A DNA stretch of 64,000 nucleotides from Nitrospirota bacterium (GCA_963740085.1 CAVUCU010000004.1:416001-480000), one strand, 5' to 3'; numbered from the stretch's first letter, positions 18,447-28,103 are shown. Notes: a model not told the origin generated them from the sequence alone. Numbers and translations are program-made.

Positions 18447-20474
18447 GTGGTAAACGCGATTACTGAAGAACACCTGAAAGATCTCTTCACGACTGAGACG
18501 TGGCACGACCAATTCACCACACTTTCCGATAGTCTTGGATTTTCTCTCAGCATCTATTCGCCGGATGGAACACTTATCTTCGCTCCTATGCACACTCCTT
18601 CCTTCTGCCAGGGGTTGTGCCTGTCATCCTCCTCATTCAAGTCGAAATGTGAATCCTATTGTCATCCCTTCATGATGAACACGATCGCGGCGGGAAAACC
18701 CGATGTCTTCAAGTGTTATTCAAAGATCATGTGCTTTGCCTTCCCCATCGAATACATGGATGAACATGCAGTGGTAGTGGGCCAGGGCTCCTTCGCTTCG
18801 TACGAGGATTTTCGCGAAAGCGTGAATATTCTTGCTTCCAGCGGCCTTGACACGATTTCCATAACAACACCTCTGGTCTTTACGAGTGTCCAGCAAACGT
18901 GGAAGGTCATGGGTTTTGTGTCTGACTCCGTAGGCCGTCTTCTCAACAACGCCCGGGAAACCGTTGCCCTCAGGAGCAAGATCGAAGGGTTGAAAAGTAT
19001 TATAGTGAAATGGGGTACTTCTGCAGAGGAACGTCCGGAAATCCTTTATAAAGAGATGATAGACAAACTGTCCTCACTGCTCGACATCGAAAGCATTGCC
19101 ATTCTTGTCTTTGACCGCAAGCGGAAACTATATGCAAGTCTCTATAGTCTGTCGAGAAGTATTGGAACGACCGGGGCCCTCACTATCAACGAGCACGATA
19201 CTATTGTGGAGGACCTCACCAGAGGAAAACCGTTTGTCCTTTCAGCGGAACCCGTAAAAGATCCAAGGGCCGCCCTTCTGAACGGCATGGGGGCCCTCTA
19301 TTTTTTCCCCATCATGGTTTTCAAAAAATTAGAAGGGATACTGCGGGTAACCGATAGGGTTCTCAAAGAGAGTGACAAACAAATCATCATAGCATACTGC
19401 CAGCAGTCGGCACTCTCCATAGAGAACCAGCGTCTGCACCAGAATCTTGATAAAAAGTTTGACCGGTTTGCTGAAGTTTCGGAACTAACAAAGACAATAA
19501 CGCACATTCGCAATTATGAAACACTGCTTCAAACGATCCTGGATAAATCCGCAGATCTGCTCAGGGCAGAGCAGGGGTCCCTTATGCTTCTGGACCACGA
19601 AACCGATGACCTGCTCGTGGAGGCTAAAAAGGGTAACATCGATAGAGTGATGGAGAAACTCAGGATCAATCGTGGTGAAGGAATTGCCGGCAGGGTGGCC
19701 GAGTTCGGCGAGGCCATTCTCGTCGAGAACCTTGAAAATGACCCGAGAGTGAAGAAAAAAAACAGACAGCATTACAAAACACGGTCGTTCGTAAGCGTGC
19801 CCCTGAAGATCGATGATCGCATCATCGGCGTGCTCAATTTATCCGACAAGACGACCGGTGAGGTTTTCAATGAAGAAGATCTGAAACTCATTCAGTCCTT
19901 TGCGACCCATGCTGCTATCGTCATGGAGCGGAATGTCTTCTATAATAAAGCGGAGGAGCTTAAAAAGCTGACAATAACCGACTCCCTGACCGGTCTCCTT
20001 AATCGCAGATACCTGAACGATCGGCTGAAGGATGAAGTGGCCCGTTCCGAACGTTATGGTCACCATCTCAGCCTTCTCATGCTGGATCTTGACGGGTTCA
20101 AATATTGCAACGATACGTTGGGGCATCTGTTCGGTGACAAGACACTCAAAGAAATTGCGGAAACATTATTGAACACCGTGAGGTCCATGGACATTGTGGC
20201 GCGGTACGGCGGAGATGAGTTCATGGTGATTCTTCCCGAGACCGAGGAAACATTGGCGATCGATATCGCGGAACGACTGCGAAGCAATGTGGAAAAGTAT
20301 GCAGTGCTTCCCCGGGACGCGTCGGGCAAGGGGCCGTATAAGCTTACATCCAGTATCGGCATCGCGTGCTATCCCGTGCATGGGAAAACGATCGAACTTC
20401 TTCTTGAGAACGTCGATAAAGCTCTGTACCGAGCCAAGAACAAAGGGAAAAACAGGGTAGAGGTGTTTTCATAG
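18447..20474 (+). CDS. Diguanylate cyclase, PocR-like sensor + 2 GAF + GGDEF
   Basis: Cys-containing PocR-like N-terminus; GAF motifs; TDSLTGLLNRR, RSMD I-site, ARYGGDEF. Confidence 0.93.
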   Translation: MVNAITEEHLKDLFTTETWHDQFTTLSDSLGFSLSIYSPDGTLIFAPMHTPSFCQGLCLSSSSFKSKCESYCHPFMMNTIAAGKPDVFKCYSKIMCFAFPIEYMDEHAVVVGQGSFASYEDFRESVNILASSGLDTISITTPLVFTSVQQTWKVMGFVSDSVGRLLNNARETVALRSKIEGLKSIIVKWGTSAEERPEILYKEMIDKLSSLLDIESIAILVFDRKRKLYASLYSLSRSIGTTGALTINEHDTIVEDLTRGKPFVLSAEPVKDPRAALLNGMGALYFFPIMVFKKLEGILRVTDRVLKESDKQIIIAYCQQSALSIENQRLHQNLDKKFDRFAEVSELTKTITHIRNYETLLQTILDKSADLLRAEQGSLMLLDHETDDLLVEAKKGNIDRVMEKLRINRGEGIAGRVAEFGEAILVENLENDPRVKKKNRQHYKTRSFVSVPLKIDDRIIGVLNLSDKTTGEVFNEEDLKLIQSFATHAAIVMERNVFYNKAEELKKLTITDSLTGLLNRRYLNDRLKDEVARSERYGHHLSLLMLDLDGFKYCNDTLGHLFGDKTLKEIAETLLNTVRSMDIVARYGGDEFMVILPETEETLAIDIAERLRSNVEKYAVLPRDASGKGPYKLTSSIGIACYPVHGKTIELLLENVDKALYRAKNKGKNRVEVFS

Positions 20475-20475
20475 C

Positions 20476-22146
20476 ATGCCATTCAATTCTCTCCAGGAAA
20501 AGGATTTTTTCGGAAGACTGCAAGAGCAGGCCAGCCTTTTCAAAAGGGTTCTCCTGGCGGAGAGGGGACAGGCGCAAAGCGCTGTTCTCTCCGGGCAACG
20601 GGGCATCGGAAAAACAGAACTGCTTAAGCATCTATTCGTTCAGCTATTCTGGAAACAGGACCGGGTAGTCCCTTTCTGGTATGCGGTCAATCCTGCACTG
20701 TTGTCTGTAACAGCCTTTTCCAAAACCTATCTGGCCCGGTTTATTTGCCAAAGACTCGCCTTCCCAAAAAAAGAGCAAGCCCTTTTTTATCAGGATGGGA
20801 TATCATTGGATGCCCTGTCCTCTCTCGTGGAAGAGCGGGAGGCCTTGTGGGCAAAGGAGATTCTTGACCAGTATGTACAATGCTCCGGAGATCCCCTCGA
20901 TGCGCTCCGCATTGCACTTTCGGCTCCGCACCGGTCGGCGCTGTCGACCGGAATGCCTGTAGCCGTTCTGATCGATGATTTTCACTGGATAAGGGGCCTC
21001 CATCTTGGTGGTATCCCTGATCACCGTCTGGCCTCACTTTTTCAAGAACCGATGGCATATAGAAAATCGCCCCACATGATCTCGGGCAGCATGGCCGAAC
21101 TCCAGGAGATGCCCGTGGTAAGTGGACTCGAGCGGATTCAGCTGCAAGCGCTTGGACACGAGGCAACCTCGTCAATGGTTCTTTCTCTTATGAATGCACA
21201 TGAGGCTGAAGGCAGCGTGCCTCCTCTCCTTATTCGTCATCTTGGGGGAAACCCGTATTATATCGGGTGTGTCGTCAACAGGGCGTGCGAGAAAAAGAAT
21301 CCCGACGAAAAGGATTTTTGGAATGCCTACGTTCAAGAGATCATGGAGGGAACACTAGCCCACTCCTGGTCAAAGGTCTTGAAGGGCTATTTCCCGGACC
21401 TGGGGCAGAGGAGAACCGCCCTCGCAATGATCTCTAAAATCTATCATACATCGGAAGCTCTTTCCTGCCAACGGATCGCGAAGGTCTTTTCACTGTCGGA
21501 CAGCCATGCGCATGAGATAGTGCATGCTCTGTATCTCTCCGGTTTTATTCGTGGAGAGTTCGGTACGTTCAGGGCAATGGAAGACCGGGTATTGCGTGAT
21601 GTCGTCGACAGTCTCTCCATGAGAGAAATACTGGCGAAGTCCACTCACGACAGGGAAGGCCACTTTCTTGAAGCGCTGGTACCGCAAATGGAAAAGGTCG
21701 TGCGTTTTGACATGACATTGCCGGTTGCCAGAGATGCGGAGCTCGTTGTTGCCCAGAGCCTTGAGCAGATCGGCAAAAACCTTAACATCAATCAGGAGGC
21801 CATCGGTCAACTGCAAATAGCTGTGATCGAGGCCTGCATCAACGCGATTGAACACGGCAGGGGCATGGAGGATAAAGTCTATGTCAGCATTGTCGCTGAA
21901 GAGGACCATCTGGAGGTTTCGGTCGAAAGTGCCGGACAGGAGTTTATCATCCAGGAAACAGGAGAACCTTACCGGGACCAGGAGGCTTCGAAAACAGAGG
22001 GAAGAGGATGGGGTATAAAACTAATAAAACGTTTCGTGGATCAGGTCAAATTTGAAAAAACCACGTATGGCACAAAAATAGTGCTCGTCAAAAAAATCGA
22101 AAAGTCTGCAGACATACACAAGGAGGATACGGCAAACCGTGAGTAA
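20476..22146 (+). CDS. P-loop (STAND-like) ATPase fused to C-terminal RsbW-like HATPase
   Basis: Walker A GQRGIGKT, Walker B VLIDDF, LGGNPYY; C-terminal IEACINAIEHG and GRGWGIKLI. Confidence 0.8.
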   Translation: MPFNSLQEKDFFGRLQEQASLFKRVLLAERGQAQSAVLSGQRGIGKTELLKHLFVQLFWKQDRVVPFWYAVNPALLSVTAFSKTYLARFICQRLAFPKKEQALFYQDGISLDALSSLVEEREALWAKEILDQYVQCSGDPLDALRIALSAPHRSALSTGMPVAVLIDDFHWIRGLHLGGIPDHRLASLFQEPMAYRKSPHMISGSMAELQEMPVVSGLERIQLQALGHEATSSMVLSLMNAHEAEGSVPPLLIRHLGGNPYYIGCVVNRACEKKNPDEKDFWNAYVQEIMEGTLAHSWSKVLKGYFPDLGQRRTALAMISKIYHTSEALSCQRIAKVFSLSDSHAHEIVHALYLSGFIRGEFGTFRAMEDRVLRDVVDSLSMREILAKSTHDREGHFLEALVPQMEKVVRFDMTLPVARDAELVVAQSLEQIGKNLNINQEAIGQLQIAVIEACINAIEHGRGMEDKVYVSIVAEEDHLEVSVESAGQEFIIQETGEPYRDQEASKTEGRGWGIKLIKRFVDQVKFEKTTYGTKIVLVKKIEKSADIHKEDTANRE

Positions 22147-22492
22147 TTTTTCTTTATCATCCAGATCAGAACGGGACATCTCCGTCATGATGCCCAAAGG
22201 ATATATCAATAACATCGGGGCAGAACATCTCGAATCTACGAGTGAAAAGTTTATCGACAAAGGATCTAAAAAGCTTATCGTTAATTTTTCCGACGTTCAA
22301 TTTATCAACACCATCGGTTTGTCCATATTCTTAAGCATCGTTCAGAATACGCTGGACGCCAACAGTTTGCTCTGTTTCACAAATATGAAAAAAGACCATC
22401 GTGAGATGTTCGAGATGGCTGGATTGATGAAGCATGTCAAGGTATTTAAAGATGAGAAGGACGCCCTCAATTATCTGAACGGGAGAAATTAA
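22139..22492 (+). CDS. STAS-domain anti-anti-sigma factor
   Basis: 117 aa; LIVNFSDVQFINTIGLSIF, REMFEMAGL. Confidence 0.88.
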   Translation: MSNFSLSSRSERDISVMMPKGYINNIGAEHLESTSEKFIDKGSKKLIVNFSDVQFINTIGLSIFLSIVQNTLDANSLLCFTNMKKDHREMFEMAGLMKHVKVFKDEKDALNYLNGRN

Positions 22493-22493
22493 G

Positions 22494-23717
22494 ATGTCCG
22501 CGAGCAAGCTGCATCTCAAACGGCTGTTGTTCAGCATGGCATCGCTCGTCGATCTTGGACAGGAGGCAACGTCCTCGAAGGACCTGTCCTCAAAGATGAA
22601 ATCCGCACTCTACGTGATTACCGGAACATTTTCCGTTCCGGCAGCGGCCCTGTTTGTATACCGCCCCCAGCAGAGAACTCTCCAGCTTCTTGTGGAAAAG
22701 GGTTACAAAAAGATCGCCCTCCGTGATATGAAATTATCCGTTCTGCCAAAGCACATTGATCATTTCAATGCAAACGAACCTCACCCCATTCATGAGCTTG
22801 TCAAGGGTTCTTTTTATGAACGGAACGAAGAGATGTTTTCAAAGCTGCATGCGAGATTGTTCATCCCGCTCTTTGCAAAAGATGAGTTCGTCGGCGCTAT
22901 TTCTCTCGGCAAGAAACTCGGCCGAGCCTCATTCCGGCAGAGCGAGAAAGACGTTCTCCGGGTGGTCGCTCATCAAATGGCAATAACGTTGTATAATGCG
23001 ATGTTATTTCTAGAGCTCACCAAAAAAGCGGCGGAAAACAAGAAGCTGTATGAAAGCATGCGGCGCATTTATCATGACACCATCCAGGCATTTTCAGCTG
23101 CCATCGATGCAAAGGATGGGTATACCAAGAACCATTCCTACCGTGTGGCATGTTATGCTGTCGCTATCGCACGGGAACTCGGATGGAAGAAGAAAGAGGT
23201 GGAGGGTATCTATGTTGCCGGCCTGCTTCATGATATCGGGAAGATCATTATTGACACCAGGGTCATCAAAAAAGGAGAAGGGCTTACGACACCGGAGATA
23301 AACGAAATTAGAAGACATCCCCAGATATCGTACGATATACTCTCAAAGATAAACTTCCCCTGGAGAAATATTGAACGGTTTGTCCTGCACCATCATGAGC
23401 GGATGGATGGGAAGGGATATCCGGATGCGCTCCGGTCAACGGAACTGAGCGACGGCGAAAAGATCCTGACACTCGTTGATGCATTTGATGCTATGACAAC
23501 AGACCGTCCGTATCGGGATAAACTGGGGCTCGATGAAGCATTTCGAGAAGTAATTAAATGCGGCGGCACACAATTTGATGAACAGATCACAAAGACGTTC
23601 TTCGATTTACTGCATAAAGAGTTGAAAGGGGAGGTTAAAGAACTGCAGATACTTCCGCATTTGCAGCAGATCGATGTAAGCGCCTTCAGGGAAAATGAAT
23701 CAGGCCGCGGAATGTGA
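22494..23717 (+). CDS. GAF + HD-GYP c-di-GMP phosphodiesterase
   Basis: YTKNHS, LLHDIGK, HHERMDGKGYP, DAFDAMTTDRPYR. Confidence 0.92.
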   Translation: MSASKLHLKRLLFSMASLVDLGQEATSSKDLSSKMKSALYVITGTFSVPAAALFVYRPQQRTLQLLVEKGYKKIALRDMKLSVLPKHIDHFNANEPHPIHELVKGSFYERNEEMFSKLHARLFIPLFAKDEFVGAISLGKKLGRASFRQSEKDVLRVVAHQMAITLYNAMLFLELTKKAAENKKLYESMRRIYHDTIQAFSAAIDAKDGYTKNHSYRVACYAVAIARELGWKKKEVEGIYVAGLLHDIGKIIIDTRVIKKGEGLTTPEINEIRRHPQISYDILSKINFPWRNIERFVLHHHERMDGKGYPDALRSTELSDGEKILTLVDAFDAMTTDRPYRDKLGLDEAFREVIKCGGTQFDEQITKTFFDLLHKELKGEVKELQILPHLQQIDVSAFRENESGRGM

Positions 23718-23797
23718 TAAACCCGAGCTGCTATTCAGACACAAAGAGAAAATTATTGCCCTCATGATCCGAGGGAAGACATCCGCTTAATTCCATT

Positions 23798-23986
23798 TCA
23801 ATAACAACCAAAAAACCCTGGATATAACCCGTTCAGCGATGACTGTTCTGTTATCGGGGGGACGTTCGAAGGGGCATATTTTCTGCGGTCTAATCCAGAT
23901 CTTCTATCTTTATCGCTTCTCCGTTCAGGACCCTTGTAGTTCGGATCATTAAACTTTCTCCGGTTTTGACCTGATCGTCTAAGCAT
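23798..23986 (-). CDS. Small Arg-rich protein with (E/D)RR repeats
   Basis: 62 aa: RRSGQNRR...YKGPERRSDKDRRSGLDRRK; sigma54-like promoter upstream. Confidence 0.6.
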   Translation of the reverse strand: MLRRSGQNRRKFNDPNYKGPERRSDKDRRSGLDRRKYAPSNVPPITEQSSLNGLYPGFFGCY

Positions 23987-24036
23987 ATGAGCTCTTATGC
24001 GCTCCTCATGGTATGGCTTTATCCCTCAAGATTAGA

Positions 24037-24129
24037 TGCAAATTTAATGCTATTATATAATGCATTGTTATTATGAACAATGTATTTTTACCTTCTAACA
24101 CTACCTCCAATATGTAAAATATTACGTCA
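24037..24129 (-). promoter_or_regulatory. sigma54-like promoter (one mismatch) with activator site
   Basis: Minus strand TAGCAT-TAAAT-TTGCA (24052-24037); TGT-N11-TCA at 24113-24129, 61 bp away. Confidence 0.45.
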
Positions 24130-24972
24130 TATTTGTTAGAAATTCTGTTTACTGATTATGTGTACTTACATGATTAGAACAAGATGATATCTATAGATTG
24201 TCGAAAAAGATATTTGGTTATTCGAATGGTGTAATGCGCTGCCGAAATGACGAGAGTGACAATTCAATGTGAAGTATTTGTCAGAATGCTCATTGTGATG
24301 TTGAATAATAAGTCAAAGAAGTTTTTCTGATATTAAAGCGTCCTTCATGTTATTTCAATGTAATATACCCCGTGTAGTCTGTCCGTTTGTGGGTACTTAA
24401 TTGCATGTTCGCTGTTAATTCTTCATTCAATCTGTTTCCCGAATGTTATCTAAGTTGGCGCTTGTCCCAGGTGTGCATTTATTTTTTTGGGCAGCTCATC
24501 ACTCGGCCACGCAGCATGCCGGGACAGATAGATATACAGTACCTCCACCCTGATATGCAGGACTCGCATCACTCCACCCTCGCCCTTTAAAAAAGGGCTC
24601 GGCCGTGTCTGCCTTGTCGTGTTCTTGTAACTATGATCTGTGCAGCATTGCCAGGCGTGTCTCTCGCGTCAGAGCTACCCGGCGCAGGGGAACGGCAGAA
24701 CTCTTTGCCTTTCCAGAACCCCCTGCATCCCATGAACAGGTTCGCGCACAGGCATGCCGAGGTAGAAAAGACCGAAGTTGCCACAAAGCCAGGCAGACAC
24801 ACCGTGCTCTTGCGATAACGCGGGTGCAGGCGGCCAATCTAAGGGAAGTGCTGCGAGATGCTCGAAAGGCTTGTTATCAGTACCGGCAATCATGCCCTGC
24901 GCGGAGCTGTGAACTGGGGTGCAGAAAAAAATAGGATCGTGACATGTGCCGAATGAGAAACAGATAAAAGCG

Positions 24973-24996
24973 ACCCACACAAAACCCGGAAGACCC
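24973..24996 (+). mobile_element. ISL3-like right-end remnant
   Basis: ACCCACACAAAACCCGGAAGACCC encodes PTQNPEDP, like ISL3 transposase ends overlapping the IR; no transposase ORF nearby. Confidence 0.4.
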
Positions 24997-25032
24997 ATAA
25001 TTGTAAGAGCATTATAACTTCACGATCTCATC

Positions 25033-25353
25033 TTATTTTCTGAATTTTGTGGCAAAGAGGCCAAGGCCCAACAGGCAACTGCCTAACAACAGCATCGTGC
25101 CGGGCTCAAGAACCTTCCTCACCATTTCAATATCTGTGCAAGATATAGAATATGATCTTGCCTCCCCGGCGCCCCCTATACCGTCCGCAACGATGAACGT
25201 CCCGTTTGGCAGGCCATCACGCGACCATTTCACACGAGAGTCAATATGTTGCGCGGAAGTGTCAATTAACAAGTTGTCAAAGTTCGCCCGTGCAGACAAA
25301 GGCATAATGAGAAATAATACAACCAATGCCGATACCCTTAATACTTTTATCAC
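25033..25353 (-). CDS. Small PEP-CTERM sorting-domain protein (VLEP variant)
   Basis: Signal peptide (..PLSARA); C-terminal VLEPGTMLLLGSCLLGLGLFATKFRK = PEP-like motif, TM helix, basic tail. Confidence 0.82.
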   Translation of the reverse strand: MIKVLRVSALVVLFLIMPLSARANFDNLLIDTSAQHIDSRVKWSRDGLPNGTFIVADGIGGAGEARSYSISCTDIEMVRKVLEPGTMLLLGSCLLGLGLFATKFRK

Positions 25354-25432
25354 TATATTTTACCTATCCAACACCTAAATTCGACATAATAGTATGAGGC
25401 AGGTGAAAGAATAAAAAACATATATTTTGGTA

Positions 25433-25461
25433 TTGACAGCATGAATTAGTCAGTTTATAAT
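25433..25461 (+). promoter_or_regulatory. Consensus sigma70 promoter of the EPS export operon
   Basis: TTGACA-17 bp-TATAAT. Confidence 0.75.
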
Positions 25462-25529
25462 CATGTCAGCTAAATTGACACTTTAATGATAATCTTAATA
25501 TAAGTAATTGCTTTGTATATTCAGTAAAT

Positions 25530-25622
25530 TGCAATGACAATGCCAATTTATAGTATGTTGAATATTAATAATAATTTGAGATATACTAAGTGTAAAACCT
25601 TTTAGTGTAAAGAACACCAACA
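25530..25622 (-). promoter_or_regulatory. sigma54 promoter + activator site for the PEP-CTERM gene
   Basis: Minus strand TGGCAT-TGTCA-TTGCA (25545-25530); TGT-N11-ACA at 25606-25622. Confidence 0.72.
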
Positions 25623-25655
25623 GCTCTTAGAGGGTAAAGAAAGCTGGTTACCGAC

Positions 25656-26510
25656 ATGAGAAAAAAAATATTCTTAATTGTATTTGTACTTTTGTTTGCG
25701 TCGACGGTATCGGCTGCTGATTATCTGATCGGGGAAGGAGATACGCTTATGATCTCCGTTTGGGGAGAGAAGGACCTGAGCCTCCCGGCGGTGATAGTCC
25801 GTCCCGATGGGAAGATCACGATCCCCGCCGTAGGCGAAGTTATAGCCGCTAATTCCACGGTAAAGGATCTTCAAACGACGCTTACCGGAAAAATCGGGAG
25901 GATCGTTAAAAACCCCATTGTGACAGTCATGGTCACTGGTATCACGAACAATAAGGTCTATCTGTTCGGAGGAGGCGTCAGCTCCCGTGTGTATAGTCTG
26001 ACCCAGAGAACGACACTGCTCCAGCTTCTGTGCCAGTTAGGAGATCAGCAGACCCCCGCGGACGGCTCAACCGGTGTTGCTGGAACATCCAATAGTGCTC
26101 GAGACGTTGATTTAAAGAACGCCTACGTGCTCAGAAACGGCAAAAAAATAAAGCAGAACTTTTACGATCTCTTCGTCGGCGGAAATATTGCCGAGGATGT
26201 GGTCATAGAACCGAACGATGTTGTTTTCATTCCCGGCTACAATGACAAGAATGTGTATGTAATGGGCGCCGTGAATACGCCACGGTCGATCACCTATCGT
26301 GATGGTCTTACCGTCATGGCGGCAATTCTCGAAGCAGGGGGATTCACGAAATACGCGAGCCAGAACGATACTACGATCTATCGGAAAAATGGCGCCCATG
26401 AGACCACGATAACCGTCAAGATAAAAAAACTGATCAATGACGGCGACCTCTCCCAGAACGCCCGTCTCCAGCCGGGCGATTATATTGTTGTCAAGGAAAG
26501 CATATTTTAG
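25656..26510 (+). CDS. wza: Polysaccharide export protein (Poly_export + SLBB)
   Basis: DYLIGEGD, VRPDGKITIP, VYVMGAVNTP, LQPGDYIVV; signal peptide without lipobox. Confidence 0.88.
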   Translation: MRKKIFLIVFVLLFASTVSAADYLIGEGDTLMISVWGEKDLSLPAVIVRPDGKITIPAVGEVIAANSTVKDLQTTLTGKIGRIVKNPIVTVMVTGITNNKVYLFGGGVSSRVYSLTQRTTLLQLLCQLGDQQTPADGSTGVAGTSNSARDVDLKNAYVLRNGKKIKQNFYDLFVGGNIAEDVVIEPNDVVFIPGYNDKNVYVMGAVNTPRSITYRDGLTVMAAILEAGGFTKYASQNDTTIYRKNGAHETTITVKIKKLINDGDLSQNARLQPGDYIVVKESIF

Positions 26511-26684
26511 TTGGTACGGGATACAATTCCTCTCGAAATGGGAAAAAATTCGGCAACAAAGGCCACCGAGAACACTGGAAAGACTTATAGTAATCGCATG
26601 TCAATAAGATTTATTATACTTTACCGCGTTATTCTGTAGCAATTAGATCGTTGGTTCCGGCTCGACAAGGTTAGGAGAACAGAC

Positions 26685-27908
26685 GTGGAACAATCCGAGG
26701 GACTGGATATACAACGCTATCTTCAACTTATTTATAAACGGCGTTACCTTTTTGCACTCACCGCGGCCTTCATTATTACCTCAGTGATCATCATAAGCCA
26801 CTTCATACCGCCGGTTTATGAGGCTAAGACCGTGGTTGCCATTGAAAAAAGTTTTTTAAATGATGCCCTCAAGAATATCGGGGGAGCACAATCGATCGAT
26901 GACAGGGCTACAGCGCTTTCCACGATCATGAAGAGCAGGACCCTCATTGTAAAAGTGATCGGCGATCTCGGCATTGATATGAAGGGGTTGACCGAAGCAC
27001 AGGTTGAGGGTCTCATCAAGAGTACGCAGGACAGGACGAAGATCACGATCGAGTTCAGTCGGGGAGGCGGGAGTGATGTGGATTTTTTCACCGTTTCTTT
27101 TCGGGACCGGGACCCTCAGTTTGCAAGGGATTATGTGAATAGTGTGGTCAGCAAGTATATTGAAACGACCATCGGCTCCAAGAGATCGGACACATTCGGC
27201 GCAAACCGATTCCTCCTCGACCAGATAAACCAGTTCAAGGAAAAAGTGGAAAAATACGATGCAGAGATCGCGGTGCTGAAGAAAGACAATAATATTGTTC
27301 TGTATAACAGATACCTTAAACTGCAAAAGCGTCTCGATGATCTTCTTGTCCAGTACACGGAAAATCACCCTGAAGTGCTCAAAGTTAAGTCTGAGATCGA
27401 GGCGTATAAGGCGAAAGATGATATCTCTCCAAAAAAACTGGCGCACGTTTTGGATGCCAAGAACCGCCTTGCGATCCTTGAGCGCGATCGTGAATCCAGT
27501 AAAAAGATGTACGATGAAATGGCGGCGGCCTACAGTAAATCAGAGGTGTCTACGAAGGCGGAGTTGCAAGACAAGGCGGGTACATTCAGGATCGTCGACC
27601 CTGCAGTCTTGCCCATCAAGCCGGTCAGCCCAAACCGCATCAAGATCATCTTCCTGGGGATTGTTGGAGGGATCGCGGTCGCAACTGGTCTTATCATACT
27701 CCTCGATATCCTCGATGATTCTATCAAGAACGTTGATACGATCAAGAGTTTAGGCTTTCCCGTGCTTGCTATTATCCCGCATATTCAGAACCCTGATGAC
27801 ATGATCAAGTCGAGGAGAAAAGACATTTTCTTTTATACGCTATCCGGATTGTTTGTGGTGCTCCTGGGTGCGGTCATAGTTCTGGAAAAGCTCGGGTTGT
27901 TCGGTTAG
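26685..27908 (+). CDS. Polysaccharide chain-length determinant (GumC/Wzc N-terminal part)
   Basis: PPVYEA, YTENHPEV, FRIVDPAVLPIKPVSPNR, terminal TM helices. Confidence 0.88.
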   Translation: MEQSEGLDIQRYLQLIYKRRYLFALTAAFIITSVIIISHFIPPVYEAKTVVAIEKSFLNDALKNIGGAQSIDDRATALSTIMKSRTLIVKVIGDLGIDMKGLTEAQVEGLIKSTQDRTKITIEFSRGGGSDVDFFTVSFRDRDPQFARDYVNSVVSKYIETTIGSKRSDTFGANRFLLDQINQFKEKVEKYDAEIAVLKKDNNIVLYNRYLKLQKRLDDLLVQYTENHPEVLKVKSEIEAYKAKDDISPKKLAHVLDAKNRLAILERDRESSKKMYDEMAAAYSKSEVSTKAELQDKAGTFRIVDPAVLPIKPVSPNRIKIIFLGIVGGIAVATGLIILLDILDDSIKNVDTIKSLGFPVLAIIPHIQNPDDMIKSRRKDIFFYTLSGLFVVLLGAVIVLEKLGLFG

Positions 27909-28087
27909 TCAAATAATTATCAAAATGTTTTCATTCCGACTGACTTAGGAGAAAACGGAGGATCAAGAAAAAGGATTTGCTATGTTAAAATAGACTATCC
28001 AAAAAGGATCGTTTCCAGCTATTTTATATTGTGATACTTCAGTTTAACTAATTGATTAAGAAACAATTTGCATCATGGTTTTTCAAA

Positions 28088-28103
28088 TGGCATAAGTATT
28101 GCT
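28088..28103 (+). promoter_or_regulatory. sigma54 promoter
   Basis: TGGCAT-AAGTA-TTGCT; degenerate TTTATA half-site ending at 28028. Confidence 0.65.

Noticed and set aside
24387-24998. Overlapping short ORFs on both strands
   Set aside because: No convincing RBS or motif, mutually overlapping; none can be supported as a gene.
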